A DNA stretch of 62,339 nucleotides, the filler included, from Basidioascus undulatus (Eukaryota): NCBI GenBank assembly GCA_000826855.1. It is 8 parts of 8 records of this genome, joined end to end, with 100 filler letters (N's around TTAATTAATTAA, not from the genome) between each part and the next. Parts side by side here need not be neighbours in the genome. Positions count along the whole stretch, not along the records: positions 1 to 7,736 come from JTLS01001501.1; positions 7,837 to 15,572 come from JTLS01001502.1; 6 more parts are not named here. The stretch is one strand, 5' to 3'. Positions 1 through 12,145 of the stretch are shown piece by piece. The translations under genes were made by a program, and so were the position numbers. Every line of letters begins with the position of its first letter. The stretch's first letter is position 1. The notes under the pieces are model-generated. The model ran no database searches. It was not told where the DNA came from and was given only the letters and a program-made list of their open reading frames with translations.

Positions 1-2
1 AT

Positions 3-85
3 TCTTTGGTAGTATAGTGGCTAGTATATCCGCTTGTCATTCAACCTGACCGCGGGCGACCCGGGTTCAATTCCCGGCCAGAGAG
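3..85 (+). tRNA. tRNA-Asp(GUC) with 11-nt intron (40..50)
   Basis: Acceptor stem TCTTTGG(3-9)/CCAGAGA(78-84); D arm GTATAGTGGCTAGTAT; anticodon stem TCCGC/GCGGG with GTC at 36-38; intron one base 3' of the anticodon; T arm CCGGG-TTCAATT-CCCGG; discriminator G85. Confidence 0.95.
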
Positions 86-89
86 CTGC

Positions 90-94
90 TTTTT
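90..94 (+). terminator. Pol III T-run terminator of tRNA-Asp
   Basis: TTTTT a few nt after the tRNA 3' end. Confidence 0.6.
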
Positions 95-352
95 GCCTGA
101 GCGATTGCTACCTAGTGCAGCAATCCGTCGACTCATGCCTTTTTTGGGGGGATTAACTGTGGCGCTGCGGCCATTTGGTATCACAATCTTGCATCAACAC
201 TATTTTTTGTTTGTCCTGGGTCTGAACATGGCAGCACCGGTTATCTCGGCTATTTGCTAGACGTGTTACGCTGCAGGCGAGAAGGCTTCGTTAGGTCAAC
301 ACGAGCCCGCACTCCCATCCATTCCTACCCTCCTTCCCGACACTGCCCCTCA

Positions 353-995
353 ATGACGGACAAGCTCATCCCCGGCGACGGCACCACGGTGACCGTCGGC
401 ACGACCCCCGTCGCGACCGACCGGTCGTTGTTCCACATTCTTTGGTACGGCAAGTACGCCACCCGTAAGCCTGGATTGCTTCTGATTTTATCATACCATG
501 TGCTTAGGGGTGGCGTTCAGGCACTTGGGGGATGCTCACCGCGGACGTGTCCTCTGCATCCTCGGCGTCGTCGGCGGGGTCTGCCTCGCGTACAGCGGCG
601 AATACGCTGAGGCCGCCGTCTATCACCACGTTAACCTGCATTTGATCTTCCTCGGAGTGCCCATCCTTTCCAAGTTTTGAAGATTTACGCCCTCCCGGCC
701 CAACGCGGTAACTCCCATCTACGTCGCGGTTGTCAGATGCGCCGGCCGGGCTAACGCGGCGGCTGTGGACGAGCTCGCAGTCGTCGCGCCGTGGGAGAAT
801 TTCGTTTGCGGTTCTTGCTCTCTCCTGGCTTCTGCAGAAGGGGGGGGGGAGCTCACCTCCTGGAAGCCGTACCCGGTTGCGTGCATCTTCGAGTGTGTCT
901 TCGACGGGGCCGCGAGCGTGGTGGTCTCGTTGGTGGCGGTTCGCTCGTGTCGCTTGTTCATTCAAGAACGCTGGTACGCCCCTTTGCGGGCCTGA
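353..995 (+). pseudogene. Hypothetical small membrane protein gene, probably decayed
   Basis: ATG 353 (MTDKLIPG...LWY); possible GC-AG intron 450..507 joins the hydrophobic segment GVAFRH...VLCILGVVGGVCLAY...; stop at 680; further hydrophobic frame to 995. No family recognised. Confidence 0.25.
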
Positions 996-1763
996 ACTTC
1001 TGAACCTCGGCTGCTGGAGTCACCCAGCAGCTCGCTCTCGTGCAGGACGGGCGTTCCTCGTATGTCAAGAGCATGCCCTGGCACAACAAACTACCTAGTG
1101 GGACCATCTCTTTCTGTAACACCGCATACACGAGTCCAAATCCAACTGTCGTTGTTCACCAGAGTAGATACGTGAATCACATTCGCTCGCACCGTCAGTG
1201 AACTTTGTATGCTTGACAGCGAGAGATGCACTGACGGTCGCATGTCTCATGTAAAAGCGAGTAGTCATACTGTCTGGTATTTCTCGTTCGGGGCCTCAAT
1301 GTCAGAGGGCAGTGGGCACAGTGAAGGGTGGGCTGCATCATCGCGGGCAATTGCAGTTTGTTGTCCGACCCTTTGCTACGAACAACCCTTTAGCAACGGA
1401 CCCAGAGCGTTATACTCACCGAGAAAACATGATAGGAAAGGAGCTTGTTTCTAGGAGGGTCTTAAATCTTGTTGCAGCTCGACGTTGTGGCTGTACGCAT
1501 GACATACCGGCTGGCAAAGCTATCTTGAGCACACAGTCCGCATCATTGAAGGATTCCCAAGAATTGTCCAATGCTTTTTATAAAAAAAAAGGGGGTTTTG
1601 CCCGAGCAGGTCGTGTGGTGTCCTGACCGCGCTGCCGCCCACGCAGACCTGCCCAGACGCACAGCGTCACACAAAAGAAAGCTGCTGGTCCATCCGCCGA
1701 GGGAGTCCATTGAACTCAACAAGCAGGCACTACCGCATCCCAGCGCTCTCCTCACATCCTCCC

Positions 1764-3936
1764 TCACTCCCCCTCCCCATCCAGCTCCACATCGTCAGGC
1801 CAAATCTCCCTCCCCTCCCTGCCCAACACCCACCTCCCCATCACCCCCTCCCCTGCCTGCCAGCGCCCAAACCATCTCCCGACCTCCCTCCGCTCTCTAA
1901 CCAAGCGCGCCGCCTCCTCCGGCTCGAACGCCCGCCCGAGCGAGGAGAGGAGCACGACGTTCTCTTCTGCCACGTACCGCGCTGAGCCGTCCTGCGCGAC
2001 GAGCACGTGGTAGAACGGCTGGTGCCGGCCGCGGGCGAGGCGGTCCACCCCTCGAAACGGAGGAGGGGGTTAGCGAGGGAGAGGGAGGGAGAGGGAAGGG
2101 GGGGGCGCACCCATTTGTTGGATCCAGGCTTCGCTTTGACTGGAGGGCGGAGGAGCGAGTGAGATGCTGCGGAGGAGGGGGAAGGGATGGAGGAAGACGT
2201 ACTCGCACGTCTCGCTCCAGCCGATGATGACCGCCGTGTAAAGGAATCGGCGATGCTGGAACATCTGTCCGACCTTGAACCTTTACTCCTCCACCATCCC
2301 TCAGCCCCCGCCTCCTCAGTCCCCAAACGACCAAGCGCACCTAATGACCGCCCCCTCCTCTCTTCGCCTAGGCACCGGCATCTCCTCGTCCTCCTCCCTC
2401 GCCGCCTCAAACTGGCCCGCATACGCAAGCCCCGTGCACAGCTCGTCCCCCACCGCCATCTCCCTCTCCACCATCCCCACATCCAGGACAAACCGTTCCG
2501 CCAGCACCCCCGCAAGCCATTCCAACGCGCCGCGGGGCTCGCGCGCGCCGAGCCCCCCGCCCGCGAGCGCCGGCCCGAGCCGGTACAGCGCGACGGAGGA
2601 GAGGTATACGGCCTCCATAAGATCCCCCTCGGGCGTGCGCGCGTCCGCGCGGATCGAGTGCCGGATGTTTAGGGCGGCGCGGAAAAGCATCTGCATTGTG
2701 GGCGCGGGGCCGAGGAGTGACGGATCGGGCGAGCCCAGCGCGGGGAGGAGGGAGAGGAGGAGCGGGCGCGGGATGAGCGGGGAGGCGCGCTGGAAGCGCT
2801 GGGAGGGGTCCACGTGCTGCGGTTCGGGGAGAGTGATGGGCGGGGAAGAGGAGGATGGGGGGGTGGGGGAAGGGAGGGTGCCCAGGACAGTGCAGATTAG
2901 GTGGCCTGGGAGGTTGGCAGGGTGCGCGTCGAGCCCGAGCCGCCGCGCGAGGGAGACGAACACGCAGCAGAGCGTCATAGGGAGGGTGCGCTTGTGCGTG
3001 GTTAGGACAAGGTGCAGGTAGTGCCCGGCCATCGCATGGTACTCGTTGTCTGCGAGCGCAACTGCGTCAAGACTGAAGAGGGTGGGGTTGGGGGATCTGG
3101 AGGCATGGGAAAGCACCTTCGGGCGGACCAAACCCCTCGGACTCCATGAACCGTACTATCGCCTCGCAGCGCCCGGGGATGTCGTCCGCCGGGACAGAGG
3201 CATAGCCTGGCCAGGCAGCGCACGCCTCAGCGAGGCTGTCCAGCGTCGAGGTCACCTGGCATCCGCCCACCTATCAGCAATCCAAATCTCCACCGCGCTA
3301 GGAAAAGGGAAGACGCACCTCGCCCATCTCCGCCCCTCGGAAGACGCTCAAGCTCGCAATGCCCTCCTCAAAGCTCACATCTTCGCCCCGCGCCACCCTA
3401 GCCCACACCTTCATCGCCTCCGCCCTCCCCAGCAACCCCAGCATCTCCTGCGCCCAATACCTCCTGCACAGGGCGTCCTCCTTCACCTCGCCCTCGCCCT
3501 CCTCCTCAAAGCCCCTCCACACGCCCCGCGCGTCCCGCTCAAACCACGGCTGCAGCTCATCCTGCACGGGTGCGCATATGAGCGCCCTCAGCCGCTCCCT
3601 TCCCAGCGGACCGACCTCGCACAGCCAGCGGTCGGCCGCGGGGATGCGGCCTTGCGGCGTGGACGTGAGGCGGTCGAGCGTGCGTGAGGTCTCGGTGTCG
3701 AGGAGATGGCGGTGGATGTAGGCTTGTTTGGCGTGGGAGGGGGCTGGGCGGGAGGAGGGCCAGCGCGCATGGAGGTGTGCGTCCCAGAGAGAAGATTGGG
3801 ATGCGAGGTCAAAGGATGCGCGGGATGCGAGGGAGAATGCGAGGAGGGTGCGGATAGAGGTGAATGTGTGCGTCGGCAGGAGGGAGAGGATCGCGGTCAC
3901 TAGCTCGGGGGGGAGCGTCGGTCCCTCGGTGCTCAT
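1764..3936 (-). CDS. F-box protein with SirB1/transglutaminase-like and YccV (hemimethylated-DNA-binding-like) domains, FBXO21-like; multi-exon
   Basis: N-terminal F-box LPPELVTAILSLLP; SirB1-like LPMTLCCVFVSLARRLGLDAHPANLPGH; YccV-like FKVGQMFQHRRFLYTAVIIGW...RGRHQPFYHVLVAQDGSARYVAEENV; GT-AG introns join the ORF pieces. Confidence 0.9.
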
Positions 3937-4402
3937 TGTGGACTTGTTCTGAAGAGCAAATTGCATGAATTGTCAGAACGATGCTAGACCAACGATGGAA
4001 GATCAAGCTGAGGACGGCAGTGACTGCCAGTGACCGTTCCACCTGGTCGTGCCTCCCTCATCTCGCCTCGCAGCCTGATATTTACCTCACACGCACCTGA
4101 ATATTCAACCAAACCTCTCTGTCCTATCGTGTTATTCAAGATGATAGCTGCAAGTGAAGGTGAGGAGATCAAGAGAGCGAGCTGTAAGAACGTCACCGAT
4201 AGCGTATCCGCGGATGATCCCCTGTCCTCCCTTTACCGCCGACACCGCAAACGCCCCTCCGGCCGAAAGGCCCCAGCTGCCTTCTCGCTTCGCACCCTCT
4301 CCTCATCCTCCACATCTCGTCCATCCATCCTACTCCGCGCCCTTCTCTCTAGCGACCCTCCCTTCTTCACCACCTCCCTCCCCTCTCCTCCCCGCTCCCA
4401 CC

Positions 4403-5150
4403 ATGTTTCCCACCCTCCGCCGCGCCGCCGCCCAGTCGACCCGGACCGGGCCGTCCCCCGCGGCGCAGATCGTGCGCGACATCCTCCGTACGAGCGGGCC
4501 CGTGTCCAACAAGGAGCTGCTTAAGCTCGCGCAGGAGAAGGATGCCGAGCTGTTCACCAGCATGTCGTGCGCTTCTCCATCTCCTTCCATCCCATCCCTC
4601 CCTCTTCCCCTCCCCCAACTCCTCTTCCCTGACTCCTCCCCCTCCCCCGCCCGCACCCAGCTACCTCAAAGAGAAGGTCCTCCGGCCGCTGAGCGCGCAG
4701 TCCGTCATCCAGAAGAAGCACTCAATCGTGACAACGCCCCTCGTGGCGGACGCGCCCGTCCCCAAGTCCGCCTCTACCAAGTCTCACTCCTCGCTCCGGC
4801 TCCTCACCCTCCCGGATGGCTCGCGCGCGATCGCGCAGCACCAATGGCACTGGCAGCTGCCCGCCGCGCGCCCCCCGAGCGCAGGCTCCAACCCCGCCGA
4901 CGTGGACCCGTCCCGCATCCGGCTCATGAAGGGGTTCGAGATCCCGCGGCTGCTGCCGCAGATGTTCCGCGACGCACACCACCGCCGCATGACCGAGAAG
5001 AAGACGAACCGGTGGAGGAAGTACTGGATGCGGCAGTCCAACCTCGTCATCAAGGCCGAGCGGGAGAAGCGCCAGGGCGAGGCGGACGCGCGCAGGGCGA
5101 GCGCCGGCGAGGCGCTTAGGCACGGGGAGGAGGTGCTGCGGTCGATTTGA
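4403..5150 (+). CDS. Hypothetical basic protein, probably mitochondrial; intron 4567..4660
   Basis: MFPTLRRAAAQSTR resembles a presequence; the GTGCGC...CCCAG intron splices in frame (FTSMSYLKEKVLRPL); high-GC3 coding pattern. Confidence 0.75.
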
Positions 5151-5279
5151 GGGTGCCGAGGGCGCAGCATGCAGCATTGAGATACCGGTCATGGCTTGCG
5201 CGGTGCGGTGCTTCATGGGAATCTAATGTGGAAGATGCATTGAGAGTCCAACAAAGCGGGTGAGAGGTAACGAAACACA

Positions 5280-7246
5280 TCATGCAGCCACCGCTCCCCT
5301 CACCGCCGTCTTCTCCCGCTCCGCGGCCTTCGCCTCCTCCCCCACCTCCTCCACAACCTCCCTCGGCGTCTCCTCCACCCCAACCTTCTCCTTCTCCTCC
5401 ACCTTCTCCTTCTGCTTATCTTCCACCTTCTTCTCCCACTCCCGCTCCCTCTCCTCCTTCTCCCTGTCCTCCCGCACCAGCTCCTCCAGCTCGCCCTCCA
5501 GCTCCGCGTCGTCCACGCCCACCGCCTCCCCGCCGATCGCCATCGCGTCCTCCACCTCCCGGTGGTCCGCCAGCGCATCCGCCATCGCGTCCATCGTCTC
5601 GTCCACGCGCTCGCGCTGCAGCTCCGACGCAGTGAGGAGCGTGCGTAGCGTCGCTGTCGAAGTTTCGTACGCGCGCATGATCTGTCGCGTCCCACACATT
5701 TTCCATCAGCATCTCCTTTTTTCTGCATCTTCGAACAACTGCCGGAGAGAGGGACCGGGGGGGGAGGGAAGGAAGGGGAAACGTGATACGACCCACCTCG
5801 ATGTCCCCCGCGGCCTGCTCGATCTTGAGCAGCACGCCCTGGAGCGTCTCGAGACTGTGCGTGCGCTTGAGGAGCAGGTCCTCGAGCTGCTTGCGCGAGC
5901 GCAGGTACGACTTTGCGAGCGCGTGCTGCTTTGCGCGGAGGTACTGGTTGATCTTGGCCATGCGTCTTTGCCCCCACCACCTTGAGTCAGTTGCCGAGCG
6001 AAAGGACAAGAGAGGAAAGCCGAGGGTGGGAGAGAAAAAGACAGGGCGAGGGTGGAAGGGAAAGGGAACAACGCACTCGCCAATCTGCGACTCGATCTCG
6101 GTGATCTGCGTGCCGAGCGTGGCAGCGGCAGTCTTCATCGCGAGCACGCCGCGGTCGACCTCCGTGACGGCCTGTGGCGCGGTCGCGTGGGGCTCAACAA
6201 ACTTGATGACCTGTTGTTCCCGACCACCTTCCTTTCAGCTTCGAGCCCGCATCCTCACCACAGGAACTAGAGAGGGAGGGAGAGACAGAGGGAGTCCGCG
6301 CACCTCGCCCTCGACGACCACCACCCGCCGGTCCCTGCTCAGGTACTTCCGGAGCACCTGAAGCTCCGTCTCGCTCAGCTTGCCGAGCCCATCGAGCGCC
6401 CCGAACGCGGACGCGAAGCCCGCGGGCGTGTAGAGCTTCTCGGCGAGGCTGGTTTGCGGCTTGGCGGATTGCGCTTTGAAGACGGCGTCGGCTGCTTTCT
6501 ATACCGGACACCCATGCCCACAGACCACACTGCTCAGCTTTGTTCCAGTTGAATGGCGATGCGGCCGAAGAGGAGAAAGAGAGATGGATTACAGGCGATA
6601 GCAACGCACCTCAAGCAACGGCAGGACCACATAGTCCCCCTTGAACCTCCTCCACTTCGTCGGGCCATCCGAGTAGTCCTCACCGTCCCCGACGAGGCTC
6701 AGCTGCTGGAGCGCCCACCACAGCGGGCGGCCGACAAGGGCGGACGCGAGGCGGCGCGGGAGACCCAGCTGGGCGTCGAGTGCGTCCGGGAAGGAGAGGA
6801 AGGCTTGGAGCGGGTATATGGTTTTGGTTTGGGCGAGCTCGGCCTGCCAGTATCCTCATCCCTTCGTAAGCTCCAAGGTAGTGTGAAAGGCAGAAAGAAG
6901 AAAGGATCAGACTCACCAGCACCGCCCCCATTGCCAGCGGCCTGCCCACGCCGTCCCACCTCAACGACTCAACCATCTCCTCCCCCGCCCTAAGCACGAT
7001 CCTCTCCGCAGCGGGGGATCCGAGCAGCCCGCGCTCGACAGCGCCCAGGAGGACGCCGCGCCACCATGCGACATTGGCGTTGAAGCCCGCGGGGTTGTTG
7101 TGCTTTGCTGCGGTGAAGTCCGAGTAGAGCGACTGGAGGCGCGGGAGGCGCGGGGGGGAGGCGTACTCGGTGAAGGTGAGGAGGTAGGAGGAGAGCGTGC
7201 TGGGCAGGGAGGAGGACGGCGCAGGCGATGGCGTGGAGGAGGACAT
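5280..7246 (-). CDS. CHMP7: CHMP7/Cmp7 ESCRT-II/III hybrid protein (Snf7 family); multi-exon
   Basis: N-terminal LQSLYSDF...NPAGFNANVAWW...GRPLAMGAVL winged-helix region; C-terminal Snf7 domain AKSYLRSRKQLEDLL...IMRAYETSTATLR...VDETMDAMADALAD. Confidence 0.9.
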
Positions 7247-7736
7247 GGTGGTTTGGGGGCGAGATGGGAGATGCAGATTGTGAGGGATTGGAAGTGACAG
7301 TGCTAGGAGAGCGGAGCGAGCGGAGGGTGCGTGTTGGTGCGTGCGTCATTTCCGGCGCGTACCAGGCGCGTCTAGCCTTCTTCTTCCTTCCGCATCACAA
7401 TTAATATCGTAGCAGAGGGTTGCTGAGTCCCAACAAAGTCGTTTGATCGCAGAAAAGGTTGAACGTGGCCGGTATGTTCCAGCGAGTCCCAGTTGGACTG
7501 ACACGCTGCAACACACCAGGCCGCACCGACAGACGAACACACCGTCAGACAAGCATGTGATCGATCAATCAATCACTTTTCGACCATCTAACAACCAAAG
7601 GGTAAGTGTCCGTCTATAAAAATCAAGGGCACTCAAAGCGTGCGTGCGTGCGTGACGTTCGTTGAAAGAAGGGGTAGGGGGCTCTAGAGGGCGGAGGAAG
7701 GCTGATGTGGGGGCTGGGAGATAGTGTTCGACAAGA

Positions 7737-7836
7737 NNNNNNNNNNNNNNNNNNNNNNNNNNNNNNNNNNNNNNNNNNNNTTAATTAATTAANNNNNNNN
7801 NNNNNNNNNNNNNNNNNNNNNNNNNNNNNNNNNNNN
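7737..7836. other. Artificial contig linker (44N-TTAATTAATTAA-44N)
   Basis: Six-frame stop 12-mer flanked by N runs, identical at seven places. Confidence 0.98.
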
Positions 7837-7953
7837 CCGTCCCTTCCTTCCTCCCCTTCCTTCCTCCCCTTCCTTCTTCCCCTCCCCCCCCTCTCTCCCC
7901 CACCTTCCCATACACAGTTAGTTCGCAGGCTTACGGGAGCGTGAGGCGAGCAG

Positions 7954-9679
7954 TGCGTCCACCCCGCCTGCGCAGACTTCGACCTCTGCGCGCCGTGCGA
8001 GGCGGACCCAATTCCGAAGCACGACCGCGCGCACCCGCTGCTCAAGATCCGCGCGCCGCTGCGCAAGACGCCCGAGTCCAAGGCGGCCGTAGCGCGCGCG
8101 CAGGGCATCGCGAACCCGAACGTGAACGCGAGGTCATCCTCCTGGGACCGCCGCCCGACCATCGCGAGGGACGACGTGCGCCAGCGCTGGTCGCACACTC
8201 AGGCGCCCGGCCGCTGGGGCACGTCGCCTAACCAGCCCCCGCGCATGGGCGAATCCGCGCGCGGAACGTCGACGTCCAGCGCTGAGGAGAAGGAGAAGGA
8301 GGACCTCGAGCGCGCGGTCGCTGCGAGTCTGAAGGACCAGGCAGAGCGCGCCGAGCTCGAGCGCAAGCTCGAGCAGGCGCAAACCATCACGCTCAAGTTC
8401 CCCGACGTGCCGAGCGAGTCGCTCCCCTCCCTGGAGAGCGTCGAGGGCACCGTCGACGAGCTCCGCCAGCCCGTCCCGAGCCTCAACAGCAGCGCGGGCG
8501 CTACCGACGTGCCGCCGCTCGTGAGCCTCGGCAACAGCGCGGCGGACCTGCCCCAGCTCGCTTACAGCGCAGGGCTGCGCCCCGCCACTTCGGAAGCGTG
8601 GTCGACAACAACGCCGCTCAACTCGTTCGCGGGTGCGGGCGACGTCCCGCCGCTCGTGTCCCCGATCAGCGCTTCGCAGCGCTGGTCGTCCTCCGCCCCG
8701 CTCGACTCCCTCGCCCCCCTCCGCGCCGCCGCCGGCACAGGATACACGACCGTCCGCCCCTGCCCGTGGGCGACCCTCCCCGGGTCGGCCCGTCCGCGCC
8801 AGCCCTCGTCCGCGTCTTCGACCGAAACGGACAAGGAGAACCTCCACGCCGACCTCGCTGCCTTCGTACGCGCTGCGGATCGGCACCCGCGCTCGGCGAC
8901 GCCCAGCAGGGGGGGAAGCAGGTCGGCGAGCCTGATGGGCACTAGGGGCTCCGAGGGGCAGGAGAAGGGGCAGGAGAAGGAGAAGGAGATGGAGCATGTG
9001 CCGGAGCAGCACACGCCGACGCCCTCGGACGTCTTTGCGCGCGCGGCATCGCCCCTTCAGCTCGCGCCGGGCACGGTGTTCTCGCACACGCTCTACTTCC
9101 GCGTCCAACCCCCGACGCGCTACGTCATCGAGAGCGTGGGCCCCGTACGCTTTGGATATCTCGTGCAGGCCGCCGTGGACGAGAGCGTCGCGGGCTGCAC
9201 CGCCGTCCGAGTGACGGGCTTGGTCGCGCCCGAGTCGAGCGGGCTCGTCCAGGAGGTCTGGGCCCTGCGGGAAATCGGCCCGGGCGGGGTGAGAAGCGTG
9301 TTGGAGACGACCACTATCGCGTTCGTCGTTTTGCTCGCGTTATGTTCGTGCATTATTGCGCGTGAGAGCTGACAGCCATTCCATTCCCCCCTTCTGTTTG
9401 CGTGACAGCGTGAACGTCCTCGACCCCTCCCAGCACTCCTCCTACGCCTCCCTCTCCTCCTCCTCGATCGTCATGCCCACCTCCGCGCCCACCGCCGCCC
9501 CCACCACCCCTTCCGCCGGGTCGTCCTCCGCGCTCATGTACGAGGACTCGCCCGCCAGCCCCGTGCGGTACGATGAGGACGACGTGCGCAGCCTCGACAG
9601 CGAGGGGACGGGCCTGAGCGAGGACGAGTTTGAGATTGTCTGCGATACGGCGAGCACTAGTGCGCGGACGGACGCGTGA
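7954..9679 (+). CDS. NBR1-like selective autophagy receptor (ZZ zinc finger, FW/Ig-like domain, C-terminal AIM/LIR); 5'-truncated by contig edge; intron 9321..9408
   Basis: ZZ finger CVHPACADFDLCAPCEADPIPKHDRAHPLLKI in frame with ORF 8122; FW-like LAPGTVFSHT...GLVAPESSGLVQEVWALR; ends SEDEFEIVCD. Confidence 0.75.
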
Positions 9680-10114
9680 GCGTGAGAATGCTCGAGAGTC
9701 GTTATGAGCGTTTGTCTTCCTTTCACGTCATGTCATGTATTACTTATTATTCTTCCTGTTTCACTCTCCTTCCTCCCCGCCCACCGCTGTCCGTCTTTCT
9801 CGACCATCTCCCGACTTACGCTTTCCTGTTTCTGGCGTTCCCAATCCGACTGTTGACCGCACCATGTACCCCCTTCGCTCGCACGTTTGTTTGTTTCGCA
9901 TCTCGTACACCTCCCCCACCCGCCGCCGCGCTCACCTTTACGTTTGACGCTTGAAACACACGATGATGAATCTGTCTGCCTTGCTTGTCCATCCCGCTGC
10001 GTTGCTGTCCCCTTCCGAGAAGCACCAGCCCCGCTGCCCGATGTCGCTTCTTCCACACGCCGCTCACGATGTTGCAAGGCATCCGCAGCGCAAGCTATGT
10101 CATCAATCCTCGCA

Positions 10115-11270
10115 TTAAACCATCGCCCGCAGCCAAACTACCCACTCCTGGTCCCTCCCCCACCCGAGCTTCGCAAACAGCCCCGCCCCCAGCGTGACGC
10201 CCTCGTTCGTGTCCGCGTGGAGCCACACCTCCCCGCGTTGGGCCCGAGCAGGGGCGCGACGAGTCGCGCGAGCCGGTGCGCGTAGGAGAGCACGCGCGCG
10301 CCGAGTCGCTGGTTGCGGTGGGTGGGGAGGACGTGGAGGGCTGCTATAGACACTGTGGGGGATGGGGCGTCAGATACACGGATACATCGCAGAGGAAGAA
10401 GGGAGACGGAAGATTGGAAGAAAAGGGGAAGGGAGGGAAGGGAGGGAAGACGGGACGCACAGTCGTCGTACGACGCGCAAAACGCGATCGGGCGGGCAGA
10501 GGTGTCCGCAGGATTCCGCAGCGCGGCAGAGAGGCTCCGAGGCGAGGTAAGAAGTCCACGGTGCAGGCCGTGCGTGTCGAGGACCTGAAGCGCACGTCGC
10601 GCATCGAGAATCGAGAACGCGAATGATCAGCTAGGCCTGCGAGCGCATCAGACGTAGCTTGAAAGGAAATCGAACGAGCCCACTGAAGTTCATCCTCCTT
10701 AATCGCTCCCCTCTGCCTCCTTGCTGACAGCTGGTACAGGAACACGAGTCCACCACTTCCTGCTCCGCCATCCTTCCGACCCAGCAGAAACGCGACGCCC
10801 TCCTCCCGGAGAACGGGGAGATTGCACTCGGAAAGGCCGACGAAATGCAGCTTTCGCCCCTTCCATCCCGCCCGCAGGATGCGCACGGCCAAGCGCAGTG
10901 CCGCTTCTCGGGCGGAGGAGGAGGAGGGGGAGGAGATGTAGAGGTGGACCTTGTGCGTCCCCTCGCCTTCGGAAGAGGGAGGAAAGGTGTGGTCACGGCG
11001 GGGAGCACGTATGAGGAGGACCGCCCAAGCCTCGTCTGAGGAGGTGGGCGAAAGAGGGTCGCCGAGGATCCGGATGGTCGTGCCTGGCTCGTAGAGGTCC
11101 AGGAGGGCTGCCCACGCCTCGGCAGAGGAGGGGAGGATTGAACAGGCGGAGAGAAAGGGCGCGAGGAGGACGTGGAAAACGTTGAGACTAGCGGGGGCGT
11201 GTGGGGGCCCGGAGAGAAGGCGGAGGAGCGAGAGGAAGGCGGGGAGACGATCGAGCTCGGTGAGCAGCAT
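10115..11270 (-). pseudogene. FR47-like GNAT acetyltransferase, disrupted
   Basis: Spliced motif PIAFCASYDDLSIAALHVLPTHRNQRLGARVL; in-frame TGA at 10627-10629; the C-terminal pieces VWLHADTNEG, LFAKLGW and EWVVWLRAMV lie in different frames separated by G runs. Confidence 0.65.
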
Positions 11271-11869
11271 GAGGGGTTTGAGGTTGGTTTGATTTGGATT
11301 TGATGAGTGAGTCTGAAAGAAAAAAAGAGTGTTAGTTGAGCGAATTTGGGACAGTGAGTTGGGTTTGATGAGGTGGGCGGAAGAGAAGAGGAGGCGAGAG
11401 GCAAGAGGGAAGAGAGAAGACGCGACAGCGCAGTCACGCCAAGGTCTGTCTGGCAGTCGTCGTGCTTTCGAGGCTCGCTGCTTCTTCCACCAGCCCAGAT
11501 AAAATATGTTCACATTGCTGTGACAGTCAATCCGGCTTGCAAACCTAGAAACCCATCATAGCGCAAACGACTGGACATGTGTGGTTGCACGCAATGTTGA
11601 GCACGTACTTGAGATATCAGCCGTGTTGCAGGATTTTCACAGCACAGAGCACTGCGATGGCCATCTTGACACACACGGCAGCATAACGGGTTTCAGTTCC
11701 AGCAATGAAAACTGCCAGCCATGTTGTAGACCCATACCCACTTACACATGTAATGTCAGGCGGGGAAGATGTCACTGACAGAGATGCGTTGACGTATGAG
11801 TGAAAGAAAATTCTGGAATGAGCCTCTGATCTTTGAGAAAAATCGACAAAAAGGATCAACGGGAAAACG

Positions 11870-12145
11870 GGTGTTTGTGTAGATGTCCATGGGTGTGCCT
11901 GTATCCATGGGGATGTCTATGGGGATGTCCATGTCTGTGTCTGTGATGATGTCTGAGGATGTCTGCAGGGATGTCTGTGAATGTCTGTGTCCATGCTGGT
12001 GTCTGTGAGGATGTCTGTGGGGATGTCTGAGGGGATGTCTGTTGGGTTGTCAGCAGTGATGTCTGTGGAGATATCCATGGCAATGTCTGTGAGGATGTCT
12101 ATGGAGATGTCCATGTTTATGTCCATGTCCATGGGGATGTCCCTT
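11870..12145 (-). repeat. Degenerate 12-bp tandem array (TGTGGGGATGTC)
   Basis: Recurrent GGATGTCTGTG/GGGGATGTCCAT units. Confidence 0.85.

Noticed and set aside
7781..7792. TTAATTAATTAA repeated seven times as a possible biological repeat
   Set aside because: Always embedded in 44-N flanks; synthetic six-frame-stop linker.
10627..10629. In-frame TGA as selenocysteine or programmed readthrough
   Set aside because: The same gene also has frameshifts, no SECIS-like element was seen, and Dikarya are not known to use Sec.
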